Assembly: GCA_963674695.2 (NCBI GenBank)
Contig: CAXXGI010000002.1
Coordinates: 32,001 to 96,000, forward strand
DNA from: a bacterium
GTDB taxonomy: Bacteria; UBA10199; 2-02-FULL-44-16; JAAZCA01
Direction: 5' to 3'
Length of the DNA: 64,000 nucleotides
The notes under the pieces are model-generated. The model was not told the origin of the DNA and ran no database searches. It worked only from the letters and a program-made list of their open reading frames with translations. The position numbers were made by a program, and so were the translations under genes. Shown one piece after another: positions 42,327-50,878 of this stretch. The stretch's first letter is position 1, and the number at the start of each line of letters is the position of its first letter.

Positions 42327-42911
42327 ATGAAAGGAAAGCTGGCAATTCTGATCGTCGTCTTTTTGTGCGCACCGCTGGTCGCATCAGCGCAACAAGCAGC
42401 GCTTCAAGTAGGGGCAGCAGCAGATGCAAAAGAGATGGCAGAAGAACAACAACAATTAACAAGGGAACGGATGGAGAAGGCTCAAGAGAGGGAAGCACAG
42501 TTCGAAGTCCAGGGAAAGACACCAGGCCGTCCACAGGAAGCGCAGCTCGAAGTTCAGGGAAAGATACCAGGCCAATTACGGCTGGCAATACCCGAGATGG
42601 TACGAACCGTCTTTGGCGGCGATCCGTATTGCGACAGGGTGACAGAGCCCGAACGGAAGCTGACTTGCCTGGAGAAGATGGTCGAGAAAATTGATATCAC
42701 AACGAAATACATTTGCGACAAACGGAATGGACTGACGCGGTGTCATGGTGGAATAGGTGGACACTGTGGTGTGTTGAAACCGCTTTCCCCGCCGAGGGGC
42801 ATCGAAGAGCAAATTCAATTCCACGTGAGAGAAGTGAAAAGGGCCATCGATAACTTCGTGCGCGAGGATGAGAGGTTCAGCGAAGATCTAGCACCACTGT
42901 GCGAAGATTAG
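42327..42911 (+). CDS. Hypothetical secreted protein with short internal repeat and paired cysteines
   Basis: AAAGGAGG RBS; signal peptide MKGKLAILIVVFLCAPLVASA; EAQ(F/L)EVQGK(T/I)PG x2. Confidence 0.75.
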   Translation: MKGKLAILIVVFLCAPLVASAQQAALQVGAAADAKEMAEEQQQLTRERMEKAQEREAQFEVQGKTPGRPQEAQLEVQGKIPGQLRLAIPEMVRTVFGGDPYCDRVTEPERKLTCLEKMVEKIDITTKYICDKRNGLTRCHGGIGGHCGVLKPLSPPRGIEEQIQFHVREVKRAIDNFVREDERFSEDLAPLCED

Positions 42912-42951
42912 TTTTTTCAGGAAAAACGAGCCGAATGTGCGCGATGTGAAA

Positions 42952-42980
42952 ACGGGGTGCCGATGGCACCCCGTGGTTTT
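42952..42980 (+). terminator. Intrinsic terminator-like hairpin
   Basis: ACGGGGTGCC-GAT-GGCACCCCGT-GGTTTT. Confidence 0.6.
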
Positions 42981-43009
42981 GAAGGCATGTTGGGAAAATG
43001 ATTTTTGTT

Positions 43010-43119
43010 GTCATCCCCGCCCCCGATTCAATCATTCGAGGGCAGGCTCCAGCGGGAATCTCGACTGTAGTAATTCGAGATTCCCGCTTTCGCGGGAATG
43101 ACACAGCCACGGGAATGAC
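43010..43119. repeat. REP doublet with internal insertion and an extra half-copy
   Basis: GTCATCCCCGC...GCGGGAATCTCG...CGAGATTCCCGCTTTCGCGGGAATGAC...CGGGAATGAC. Confidence 0.8.
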
Positions 43120-43182
43120 AAAACCAAGGTTTGTCATCGGTCTGGTTTTGATCTTGGGTCCATGGTCTACAGTTCGCTTTCC

Positions 43183-44298
43183 TCACTTCGTCCCCAACTT
43201 TTTTAATATCGGCGTTTCCCACTCGAGATCCAGGCGCTTGCGCTTGTCGCACGTCCCCTTTTCCAGGGCATGGGCCATGATCAGCGGCAGCGAGACCGAG
43301 GGTTCGACAAACGCCATGCAGTGGCTTGCCTTCTTCGACACCTTGCCCCAGCTCGTGGCTTCCGAAAGGGTCGAGCCGGATAGCCCGCCCCAGTGCGGCG
43401 AGTCGGTCGTGACCTGAATGGCATAGCGATGGCCGCCGGTGTCCATGCCGAAGATGTAGGCCATGACCACCGAGTCGTTGATGAAGTTCTTGGGCACGCC
43501 GCCGGCGACATAGATCGCCGAGGTGCACGGTGATTTGACGACGAGTTGGGTCAGCTCGTAGTTGTCGCGAATCGAATCGATCACGACCCCTTCGCGTCCG
43601 TCCTTCAGGCAGCGATGATAGTGTTCGGTCAGCCCGATGCCGATCGAAGAATCATTGAGCGCGGGGGCGAAGATGGGCACGCCGTGGCGCGCGGCGGTGC
43701 CGAGGATCGAATTCGAATCATCAATCGTTTCACCGAGTTGGCGCAAAAATTCTCGCGAGGAATATCGGCCTGGCGTGAGGCTGTCGGTGAAGTGTCCGAT
43801 CGAGCAGTCCAAGCGCCAGAATTTATCCTCGTCGACATAGGTGTCGTAGATGCGATCGATGTAGAGGTCGCGCAGCTTGCGATCGTCGGCGAGCGGCGTG
43901 CCGCGTGCGTGGACATAGCCGTGCGACTGATAGAAATCCTGGTAGAGGATGGCGCCCGTGGAGACGATGACATCGACGACCTTGTGTTCGATCATGTCGC
44001 GAATCACCTTGCGCAGCCCTGCCGCGATGAGGGGGCCGGCCAGCCCCAAAAAGACCGTGGGGCGGTCGGCATCCGCCATCATCGCTTCCACGACCTGAGC
44101 GCAGCCGCCGATATTGCGGGCCTGGATGGAGGCGTCAGCGAAGGCGTCGACGAGACCGGCGACCGTGGTCGTCTCTTCCAGGTCGATCTGTTTGATCGGC
44201 CGGCGCAGGAGCGATTCCTTCTCCTCGCGTTGGGCATCGGTGAGCGTCGGGAAAGAATATCCCTCGGGTTTGTCCAGAACGGTAAATTTTGCAGTCAT
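43183..44298 (-). CDS. Deoxyhypusine synthase-like protein (possible homospermidine synthase, SpeY-type)
   Basis: IVSTGA, DRIYD, GVPIFAPALNDSSIG, GGVPKNF, GGLSGSTLSEATSWGK (catalytic Lys retained). Confidence 0.9.
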   Translation of the reverse strand: MTAKFTVLDKPEGYSFPTLTDAQREEKESLLRRPIKQIDLEETTTVAGLVDAFADASIQARNIGGCAQVVEAMMADADRPTVFLGLAGPLIAAGLRKVIRDMIEHKVVDVIVSTGAILYQDFYQSHGYVHARGTPLADDRKLRDLYIDRIYDTYVDEDKFWRLDCSIGHFTDSLTPGRYSSREFLRQLGETIDDSNSILGTAARHGVPIFAPALNDSSIGIGLTEHYHRCLKDGREGVVIDSIRDNYELTQLVVKSPCTSAIYVAGGVPKNFINDSVVMAYIFGMDTGGHRYAIQVTTDSPHWGGLSGSTLSEATSWGKVSKKASHCMAFVEPSVSLPLIMAHALEKGTCDKRKRLDLEWETPILKKLGTK

Positions 44299-44436
44299 GG
44301 GCTTCCTCCCTGTCGGTGTGGGCCGGTTCTAGCGGCCGGTGGCATCGATGTCAAACCTCAGAGCTTGTCATCCTCTGTAGCGCCCAGGATGACAAATCTC
44401 GGTGAACGCGCTATCATTATATATGGAGGTGGAACG

Positions 44437-44904
44437 ATGAAGAAATCGAACACGCGATGGATCGCAGCCCTTTCCCTACTGACCGCGGTGCTTTTCCTTG
44501 CCGCCTGCTCCGGCGGTGAGCGCAAGAACACGCTCGATGGCACGATGTGGGATGCGACCGACCTCGAGGCGATCACCGTGAGCCTGGCCGGCGAGGCAAA
44601 GTGTCCGCGATGCCTCGAGGATGAGATTCCGATCACGGGGTTGCAGGTCGAGGTCATTCACCAGAACGATCCGATGCATATGACGGCCCTGCGCACCTAT
44701 GATGGCCTCGGCCCCTTCAGTATCTCCAACATTCAGGTCGTTCCCAACGCAACCCTCGAGGTGATGGGGACGCTCTATCGTCAGACGAGCACCGGCACGA
44801 GTCCTATTCGTGGCTATGCGGCGGTCGAGGTTCCCAACGACGATGGACAGGTCATCCCCTTCACGCTCACCTTTCCCTCGAGCGCTTCGGACGATGATGA
44901 ATAA
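44437..44904 (+). CDS. Hypothetical lipoprotein
   Basis: GGAGG RBS; MKKSNTRWIAALSLLTAVLFLAAC lipobox; internal CPRC. Confidence 0.75.
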   Translation: MKKSNTRWIAALSLLTAVLFLAACSGGERKNTLDGTMWDATDLEAITVSLAGEAKCPRCLEDEIPITGLQVEVIHQNDPMHMTALRTYDGLGPFSISNIQVVPNATLEVMGTLYRQTSTGTSPIRGYAAVEVPNDDGQVIPFTLTFPSSASDDDE

Positions 44905-44914
44905 AGAGAGGCTT

Positions 44915-45000
44915 GTCATCCTCGCGAACGCGGGGATCCCGATTGGCCATTACAATCGAGATTCCCGCGTTCGCGGGAATGACAAAACCGCGGGAATGAC
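44915..45000. repeat. REP doublet plus extra half-copy
   Basis: GTCATCCTCGCGAACGCGGGGATCC...GATTCCCGCGTTCGCGGGAATGAC; spacer GATTGGCCATTAC shared with the copy at 21566. Confidence 0.85.
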
Positions 45001-45010
45001 AAAACCAGAA

Positions 45011-45967
45011 CTACCCTGGTTTCTGGATGGCCAATACGGGGAAGGATCCAAACCGTTCCAACACATCGGGGATACGACGCAGGTGGTCCATCGTCATGCG
45101 GGCGATGCGGCGACCGTAGCGGGCTTCCACCTCTTCGGCGCGCGATGCATAGATCTGCAGCATGCACTCCCAGGTCTTCATCGTCTCGGCGATGATGTCC
45201 CGTCGTTCGACAATTTCAAACCCACCTCGTTCGAAATGCTTCGGCCAATCGGTGATGAGCTCCGCCCCTCTGTGAAAGAGGATCGTGCGCATCGCCTGCT
45301 CATCGGCGCGCGAAGGAATGCCGGTGAAGGCCAGATCGGAGAACCCGATACGTCCACCGGGTTTGAGCATGCGGAACATTTCCTGAACGAGCCGATCCTT
45401 CTGCGTCTCCGACACGCAGATATCGCCGGCCACCTCGATGCAGAGGAGCGCGTCGAAAGACGCTTCGGGGAGATCCAGCGCCAGCGCGTTGCCGTGATGG
45501 ATCGCGATACGCTGCCCAAGCCCTTCGCGCGCAATGAGGGCGCTGCCTTGGCGCACCTGTTCGGCGCTGATGTTCACACCGGTGATGCGGCAGCCGAATC
45601 GCCGAGCGATGCGAACGGCGGGCGCGCCGATGCCGCAGCCGATGTCGAGCACGTGCATCGAATCATCGAGGTCCGTCATACGCGCGACGAGATCCGTATG
45701 ATTGTTGAGGGCTGCGGAAAATGTTTCGTCGCCGTCGGGGAAATAGCCGAAGTGAAAGCTGTCGCCGTAGAACATCCGGGCGTCATCCGTGATCAGGTCG
45801 AAGTAGGCGCCGACGCTTCGATTGGTGCGCCGGCCGAGCAGCATCATCGGCAGCTGCATATGGATTGCCTGAGCGATCTTGCGCGCGCAGCCGATGAGCC
45901 CTGTTTCGCGATAGGTCTGCGTGAGAAATCCGCCCTTGGCGGCCAAAATGTTTCGATCCGTTGTCAT
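45011..45967 (-). CDS. SAM-dependent methyltransferase (sterol/tocopherol C-methyltransferase-like)
   Basis: YGDSFHFGYF, VLDIGCGIGAPA, ITGVNIS, EMFRMLKPGG; start taken at MTTDRN. Confidence 0.85.
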   Translation of the reverse strand: MTTDRNILAAKGGFLTQTYRETGLIGCARKIAQAIHMQLPMMLLGRRTNRSVGAYFDLITDDARMFYGDSFHFGYFPDGDETFSAALNNHTDLVARMTDLDDSMHVLDIGCGIGAPAVRIARRFGCRITGVNISAEQVRQGSALIAREGLGQRIAIHHGNALALDLPEASFDALLCIEVAGDICVSETQKDRLVQEMFRMLKPGGRIGFSDLAFTGIPSRADEQAMRTILFHRGAELITDWPKHFERGGFEIVERRDIIAETMKTWECMLQIYASRAEEVEARYGRRIARMTMDHLRRIPDVLERFGSFPVLAIQKPG

Positions 45968-45999
45968 GCGTATGCTCCTGGCGATGCATTCGCCATAAC

Positions 46000-46731
46000 T
46001 CACTGGGGTGATGCGACGGGATGGATGCGACGAACGGGGAACAAAAAGGAGATCCCACCGCCCATCGAGACATCTCCGGCCAGCTCGCTGCGCCCGCCGC
46101 CCATCGGCGTGGGGTGGATGTAGGAGTTGATGTCCAAGCGAAAGGCGAGCCACGGGATCGGGAAGAAGAACTTCGCTCCGCCGCCGATCACCCCGGTGGG
46201 TTGCCACTGTCGATTGATCTGCATCGCCCCCACGCCGAGGGTAAAGTAGAAATCCATGTTGAAGAGGTGTGATCCCGCGCGCCATGCCGCCGGTGTGTTG
46301 AACGAGACCAGCCCCACCCCGATGTGCGTGTCGCTCGTGTTCAAGCTCTGATAGAACGGCGTGTCCTTGTCGACGACGATCGGGCTGTAGAGATACTGCC
46401 CGCCCAACGCCAGGAAGTCGTTGAAGTGAAAGTAATAGGCGGCGCCGATGTTGTATGTGTTCTTCCAATTTTCGCCGAGGTAGTCGCCGCCGACGATGAC
46501 GAATTCGCTCAAGTAACGGTCGGAATAGTCCTCACGGTGGTCCCAACTGGGGCCGAAGCGGTCCCATGCGAGGCCCCCTGAGTGCTTGCCCTTGCTCTCC
46601 TGCTGCGCCACGCGTTCGGATTCGGCGGCTGGCGGTTGGATTTTAGGCACATCACGGGCGCCTGCAACGGATGGGATGGCGATCAGGAAAACGGTAAGCA
46701 CAAATCCGACGGTGGATCTCAAGTATGTCAT
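46000..46731 (-). CDS. Outer-membrane beta-barrel protein
   Basis: Signal-peptide-like VGFVLTVFLIAIPSVAGA; alternating aromatic strands (GAAYYFHF, DFYFTLGVG, GGAKFFF, GISFLF); start uncertain. Confidence 0.7.
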   Translation of the reverse strand: MTYLRSTVGFVLTVFLIAIPSVAGARDVPKIQPPAAESERVAQQESKGKHSGGLAWDRFGPSWDHREDYSDRYLSEFVIVGGDYLGENWKNTYNIGAAYYFHFNDFLALGGQYLYSPIVVDKDTPFYQSLNTSDTHIGVGLVSFNTPAAWRAGSHLFNMDFYFTLGVGAMQINRQWQPTGVIGGGAKFFFPIPWLAFRLDINSYIHPTPMGGGRSELAGDVSMGGGISFLFPVRRIHPVASPQ

Positions 46732-46817
46732 CCTGAGCGAAGCGAAGGATCTCCATAGAATTGTAAGGAATCCGTCGCGGAGTCTGTCCTGAGCGAAGTC
46801 GAAGGGCTCAGGATGAT
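46727..46817. repeat. Second REP-like family (GTCATCCTGAGCGAAGCGAAGGATCT...CTCAGGATGA)
   Basis: Inverted ends TCATCCTGAGC/GCTCAGGATGA with internal CCTGAGCGAAGTCGAAGG; short relative TTGTCATCCT...AGGATGACAA near 44365-44395. Confidence 0.7.
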
Positions 46818-46846
46818 AAATCGAGGTGTACACATGAGATTCGAGA

Positions 46847-48262
46847 TTATTTCGCATAAGCAGCAGCTTCCCCCTTGGCCATGCGGCCGGATCGCGCAGC
46901 GGCGGCGGCCAAATCCTTCGTGACCGTCCAAGCGCTCCCCGGGAAGGTGTGACAGGCGGCGACGACCTCTTCGAAGGCATTCAGAAAGCGATCGACCTGC
47001 GCCTCGTCGATGATCAGCGGCGGCAACAATTTGATGATGTCCATGTTGTGGCCGGCCACCTGCGTGAGGATGCGGTGTTGCTTCATGAGCGGCACGGTGA
47101 GCATCTGGCAGAAGAGGCTCTTATTCAACTTGTGTACGATCTTCCATCCGGCTTTTAATTTCAGCGATTTTGGTTCGGTGAACTCGATGCCGATCATCAG
47201 GCCCAAACCGCGCACCTCGTCGAGCATCTCGTAGCGCTCGCTCATGGCGCGAATGCCGTCGGTGATGCGCGCGCCCATCGCCGTGGCGTTTTCGATGACG
47301 CCATCGTTTTCCAGGACGTCGAGCGTGGCCAGCCCCGCCGCACACGCCAGCACGTTGCGGCCGAAGGTATTGGAGTGCACGACCGCGTGCTCCATGTCGG
47401 TGAAGACCTTGTCGAAGATGGCGCGACGATAGCAGATGACGCCGACGGGGACGAAGCCGCCCGAGAGCGCCTTGGCCGCCGTGACGATATCGGGTTCGAG
47501 TCCCCAGTGCTGATGCGCGAACATCTTCCCCGTGCGCCCGAAGCCCGACTGCACCTCGTCGCAGACAAAGAGCGCGCCGTGTTTGCGGCAGAGCGCCTGC
47601 GCCTCTACATAAAACGCAGGGTCGGCGATGTAGACGCCTTTGCCCTGAACCGGTTCGAAGAAGAATGCGGCGACATCTCCCTTTTCGAGTTCCGTCTTCA
47701 GCGCACCCAGATCGCCCATCGGCATCTTCGTCGACGGAATCAGCTCGCCGAATCCCTTGCGAAACTCCGTGCCGCCGTTGAGCGCGAGCGAGCCGGAGGT
47801 GAGCCCATGAAAGGCGTGGTCCCAGAAGAGGATGCGATCGCGGCCGGTCGCTTTGCGCGCGAATTTGATCGCGCCCTCGTTGGCCTCGGTTCCGGAGTTG
47901 GTGAAAAAGATCGTGTCGACACCTTCGGGCATGTGCGCGAGCAGCCGCTCGGCCAGGAGTCCCGCGATCAGCGGCGCGTCCATCTGCACCATGTTCGGAT
48001 ATTCGAGATCGAGCGCTTCATGCAGTGCGGCGATCACCTTCGGATGGCTGCGCCCGAGGGCGAAGACGCCATAGCCGGCCAGGAGATCCAGGTAGTCGTT
48101 CCCCTCGGCGTCATAGAGCAGCGCCCCCTCGGCGCGGACGTAGTCGCGATCATAGCCGATCGTGCGCAGGACGCGCACCAGTTGCGGGTTCAAGTGCCGC
48201 GCGAAGAGTTCGTGCTGACGCCCGCGGTTGGCTTCCAGCAGGGTTTTGAGGTCGAGGGCCAT
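46847..48262 (-). CDS. Class III PLP aminotransferase (HpnO/ornithine aminotransferase-like)
   Basis: LNPQLVRVLRTIGYD, YLDLLAGYG, NSGTEANE, AFHG, EPVQG, DEVQSGFGRTG, AKALSGG. Confidence 0.88.
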   Translation of the reverse strand: MALDLKTLLEANRGRQHELFARHLNPQLVRVLRTIGYDRDYVRAEGALLYDAEGNDYLDLLAGYGVFALGRSHPKVIAALHEALDLEYPNMVQMDAPLIAGLLAERLLAHMPEGVDTIFFTNSGTEANEGAIKFARKATGRDRILFWDHAFHGLTSGSLALNGGTEFRKGFGELIPSTKMPMGDLGALKTELEKGDVAAFFFEPVQGKGVYIADPAFYVEAQALCRKHGALFVCDEVQSGFGRTGKMFAHQHWGLEPDIVTAAKALSGGFVPVGVICYRRAIFDKVFTDMEHAVVHSNTFGRNVLACAAGLATLDVLENDGVIENATAMGARITDGIRAMSERYEMLDEVRGLGLMIGIEFTEPKSLKLKAGWKIVHKLNKSLFCQMLTVPLMKQHRILTQVAGHNMDIIKLLPPLIIDEAQVDRFLNAFEEVVAACHTFPGSAWTVTKDLAAAAARSGRMAKGEAAAYAK

Positions 48263-48379
48263 AGCGGCGCGATTCCTAGCAGATGGACCGAGCAGAGGCA
48301 AACGATATTCCGGCGATCCAGCTCCCTCGGGCCTCACCCGCCGTGACCATTCAAAGTAGACGATAATTTCAATGATTCC

Positions 48380-48409
48380 ACAACATTGGAGTGCCGGGCT
48401 GCCGATAAT
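48380..48409 (+). promoter_or_regulatory. Putative alternative-sigma promoter (variant CAACAT-N16-CGAT)
   Basis: ACAACATTGGAGTGCCGGGCTGCCGATAAT. Confidence 0.5.
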
Positions 48410-48434
48410 GAAATGACATCAACGGGAGAATCAT

Positions 48435-50798
48435 ATGCGCCATATCACCACGTTCATCGGAATCGCCCTCCTCTCATTATATATGCCGGTTGCCGCCCAT
48501 GCCGCCCTCAAGGCCGCCGAGGTGGATATCCCCTACGGCAAGGGGGATCCCTGCGCCGTCTCCGAACAGTTCCCGCTCGATTTCGTCCTGCGCATGGCCA
48601 ATAAGCATAAGTGGTGTCGGTTTGGAGGGTCCGATGCCGAGGCGTTCCTGTTTATTCAGGAGCCGGAGGATCGGCCGGAGCGCGAGTGGAGCATGCCCGA
48701 TCCCGGATCGACGCATGTCGAGCGTGCGGCCGTCTTGACCGGGAAAAAACAGGACGTGGTCATCGTGGCCGGCTATCCCCTCTGGTATCAGTATGGAAAA
48801 TCTTCCTATCGGCCGAAATTTGATCCTCGGTATCTAGGGCATTGGCAAAACTGGATGGTCGATCACATCGATCGCTTCTCTATCGAAGACGATTCCATCG
48901 CCGACAGCGTCGATGATCCGTCGGACGAAAGCGTTGTTCATGATGAACTGATCGAAGTCCGTGCCGCTCTCTTTGACGAGAAGGGGCTTGTCTCCGGCCA
49001 TCCCGTCATCGGTCTGCCGAAGCCAAATCGGTTGACGCGCGTCGTCGTTGAAATGGCCGATGCAGACGAAGCGGTCTTTCAACTGGGGGGCGACGTGCAG
49101 CTCGACCTGCGGTTTATCGAAGTTGATCTCGATCACGGTGCGTTGGCTTCGCTCGCAGCAATGACGCGCGGCGGGGCCCTCGTCCTTCGCCGCAGTCGCA
49201 TCAGTGTGGCGAAGGAGAACAAAACGCCCTTCATCGTCGAGGTTCCGCATTTTCCCTTCGACCACTCCTTCTTCGTGTCGGACCGCTCGACCGTGGCCAT
49301 CGAGCCCGGGCGCACCTCTTCGCTCGACATCCTGCGCATCCAGTCGCCGATGATCCCGGATCGCGTTGAGCCATCGTCACGGCGTGTCAATGTTGACAAT
49401 GCCCAGCGTGCGCTCGCCGAAGCGCAACGAGGAGCAGAAGGTGGCGATGTCGATGGGTCGCTCGTCTCCAATCCGAACTTCGAACGCCAACTCGAACTCG
49501 CGCTCATGGTCCTGCGCAATGGATTGAAGATCGAGGCCGATGAAGATGACGGTCTCGACCCCCAGGTTTCGCTCGTCGGCTGGGAGGGGGCGCCGGACTA
49601 TTTCTGCACGCCGATCGGTGAGGACGAGGATGGGGTGGCGTGTGCGCTCGATCCCGAAGTGGTCAATGAGGTGGGCAGCTATCTCCTGATGCCGAGGGGT
49701 TCTGACAAAGATGAGTGGCTTCAGGAGAGCGTCGACACCGATCTCTTTACGCTCCAGAACCAATTGCACAAACCGAGACTGCAACAGAAGCAGATCGTGA
49801 TCATGTTGCCGACCCTCGAGACCCCCGCCTTCACCGTGCAGGGTCGTCGCATCCAGGTTCAAATGTCAGACAAGGTGTGTCCAGCCTTCGATGAGATTGC
49901 ATCATGGGAGAGAGACGACTGGTCTTCAGGCCGAAAGGATGATGCTCCCTTTCTGGAGCGCGGCGACCTCTGGCTCGATGTGGAGCGTGGTCACTATACC
50001 TGTCAGATTCCGCATGGGCAGTGGGATGTTCAGAGCTGGAGCTTGGCGGGCTGCGATGGAGGATTTATCAAGGATGAAGATGAAGACAGCCGTTGCATTC
50101 CGGTCTGCCCGGCGAATATGGTTTTCAATAAGTCCGTCGCGGACTGCAAAGCCTTGCCCGGATTCGAGCGCGACACGGAGCGCGGGCACTATCTGCCGGA
50201 GTGTCGCGAGCGGGAGGGTGGCCCTGCGATTGTTCCGGTGGCCGATGCCGACGGGAACAAGATCGGCTGCGCCTGCCGCAATGAATATCACGAGCTCTTT
50301 CCCGCCTATACGAATGATGACGACGTCGTCTATTCCTGCCTCGAACCCTGCGGAAGGAACATGCAGCGTGTCGAGGACGGATCGTGTGTCTGCATGACCG
50401 GCTTTGAATATGTCGATGGTCGACGTCCCTATTGCCGTGAGCCGCGGGCGGTCGTGGATGATCCGGAGGAAGAGGAAGAGGAGACCCTGGACGATATCGC
50501 CGCACAGGAGGCCGGAGATCTGGCCGCATCGGCCGAAAAGCGGGCCGAGGAGAACCAAGGGAATGTTGCCGATGCCCTGGGACTGTTGGGAAGCGGTGAT
50601 GGTGACGAGAATGTGGTCGATGACGGCGCGGTAGAGCAGGAAACACCCGCGGATGGGGTCGCCTCGGCGGGCTGTTCGCTGGGCGCGGGCGATGGCACGG
50701 GTGCCGCCCCGATCGGGATCCTGCTCTTCCTCTTCCTGGCGGTCTTCATCCCCCTGCGCCGCATGCGGACACGACACTTCTATCGTGTGACAAAGTAG
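48435..50798 (+). CDS. Secreted Cys-rich surface protein with MYXO-CTERM-like C-terminal sorting signal
   Basis: Signal peptide ...VAAHA; Cys-rich EGF-like stretch; acidic linker; SAGCSLG, hydrophobic helix and RRMR tail. Confidence 0.8.
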   Translation: MRHITTFIGIALLSLYMPVAAHAALKAAEVDIPYGKGDPCAVSEQFPLDFVLRMANKHKWCRFGGSDAEAFLFIQEPEDRPEREWSMPDPGSTHVERAAVLTGKKQDVVIVAGYPLWYQYGKSSYRPKFDPRYLGHWQNWMVDHIDRFSIEDDSIADSVDDPSDESVVHDELIEVRAALFDEKGLVSGHPVIGLPKPNRLTRVVVEMADADEAVFQLGGDVQLDLRFIEVDLDHGALASLAAMTRGGALVLRRSRISVAKENKTPFIVEVPHFPFDHSFFVSDRSTVAIEPGRTSSLDILRIQSPMIPDRVEPSSRRVNVDNAQRALAEAQRGAEGGDVDGSLVSNPNFERQLELALMVLRNGLKIEADEDDGLDPQVSLVGWEGAPDYFCTPIGEDEDGVACALDPEVVNEVGSYLLMPRGSDKDEWLQESVDTDLFTLQNQLHKPRLQQKQIVIMLPTLETPAFTVQGRRIQVQMSDKVCPAFDEIASWERDDWSSGRKDDAPFLERGDLWLDVERGHYTCQIPHGQWDVQSWSLAGCDGGFIKDEDEDSRCIPVCPANMVFNKSVADCKALPGFERDTERGHYLPECREREGGPAIVPVADADGNKIGCACRNEYHELFPAYTNDDDVVYSCLEPCGRNMQRVEDGSCVCMTGFEYVDGRRPYCREPRAVVDDPEEEEEETLDDIAAQEAGDLAASAEKRAEENQGNVADALGLLGSGDGDENVVDDGAVEQETPADGVASAGCSLGAGDGTGAAPIGILLFLFLAVFIPLRRMRTRHFYRVTK

Positions 50799-50807
50799 GA
50801 CTGTGAC

Positions 50808-50834
50808 GCAACTTTTCGTTGAAGCAGCCGATAC
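50808..50834 (+). promoter_or_regulatory. Putative alternative-sigma promoter (CAACTT-N14-CGAT motif)
   Basis: GCAACTTTTCGTTGAAGCAGCCGATAC. Confidence 0.6.
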
Positions 50835-50878
50835 CCCTTCTATAAGGAAGAGGCTTCAACAAAGAGGAGGAGACCCCC

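Noticed and set aside
42819-42832. parS-like TTCCACGTGA
   Set aside because: Only a partial palindrome inside a CDS; does not match GTTTCACGTGAAAC well
43546-44436. N-terminal extension of the lipoprotein ORF (track 43546..44904)
   Set aside because: Antisense to the DHS-like gene; RBS and lipobox support ATG 44437
45968-46468. N-terminal extension of the methyltransferase ORF (track 45011..46468)
   Set aside because: Overlaps the beta-barrel gene in another frame; GGAG RBS supports ATG 45967
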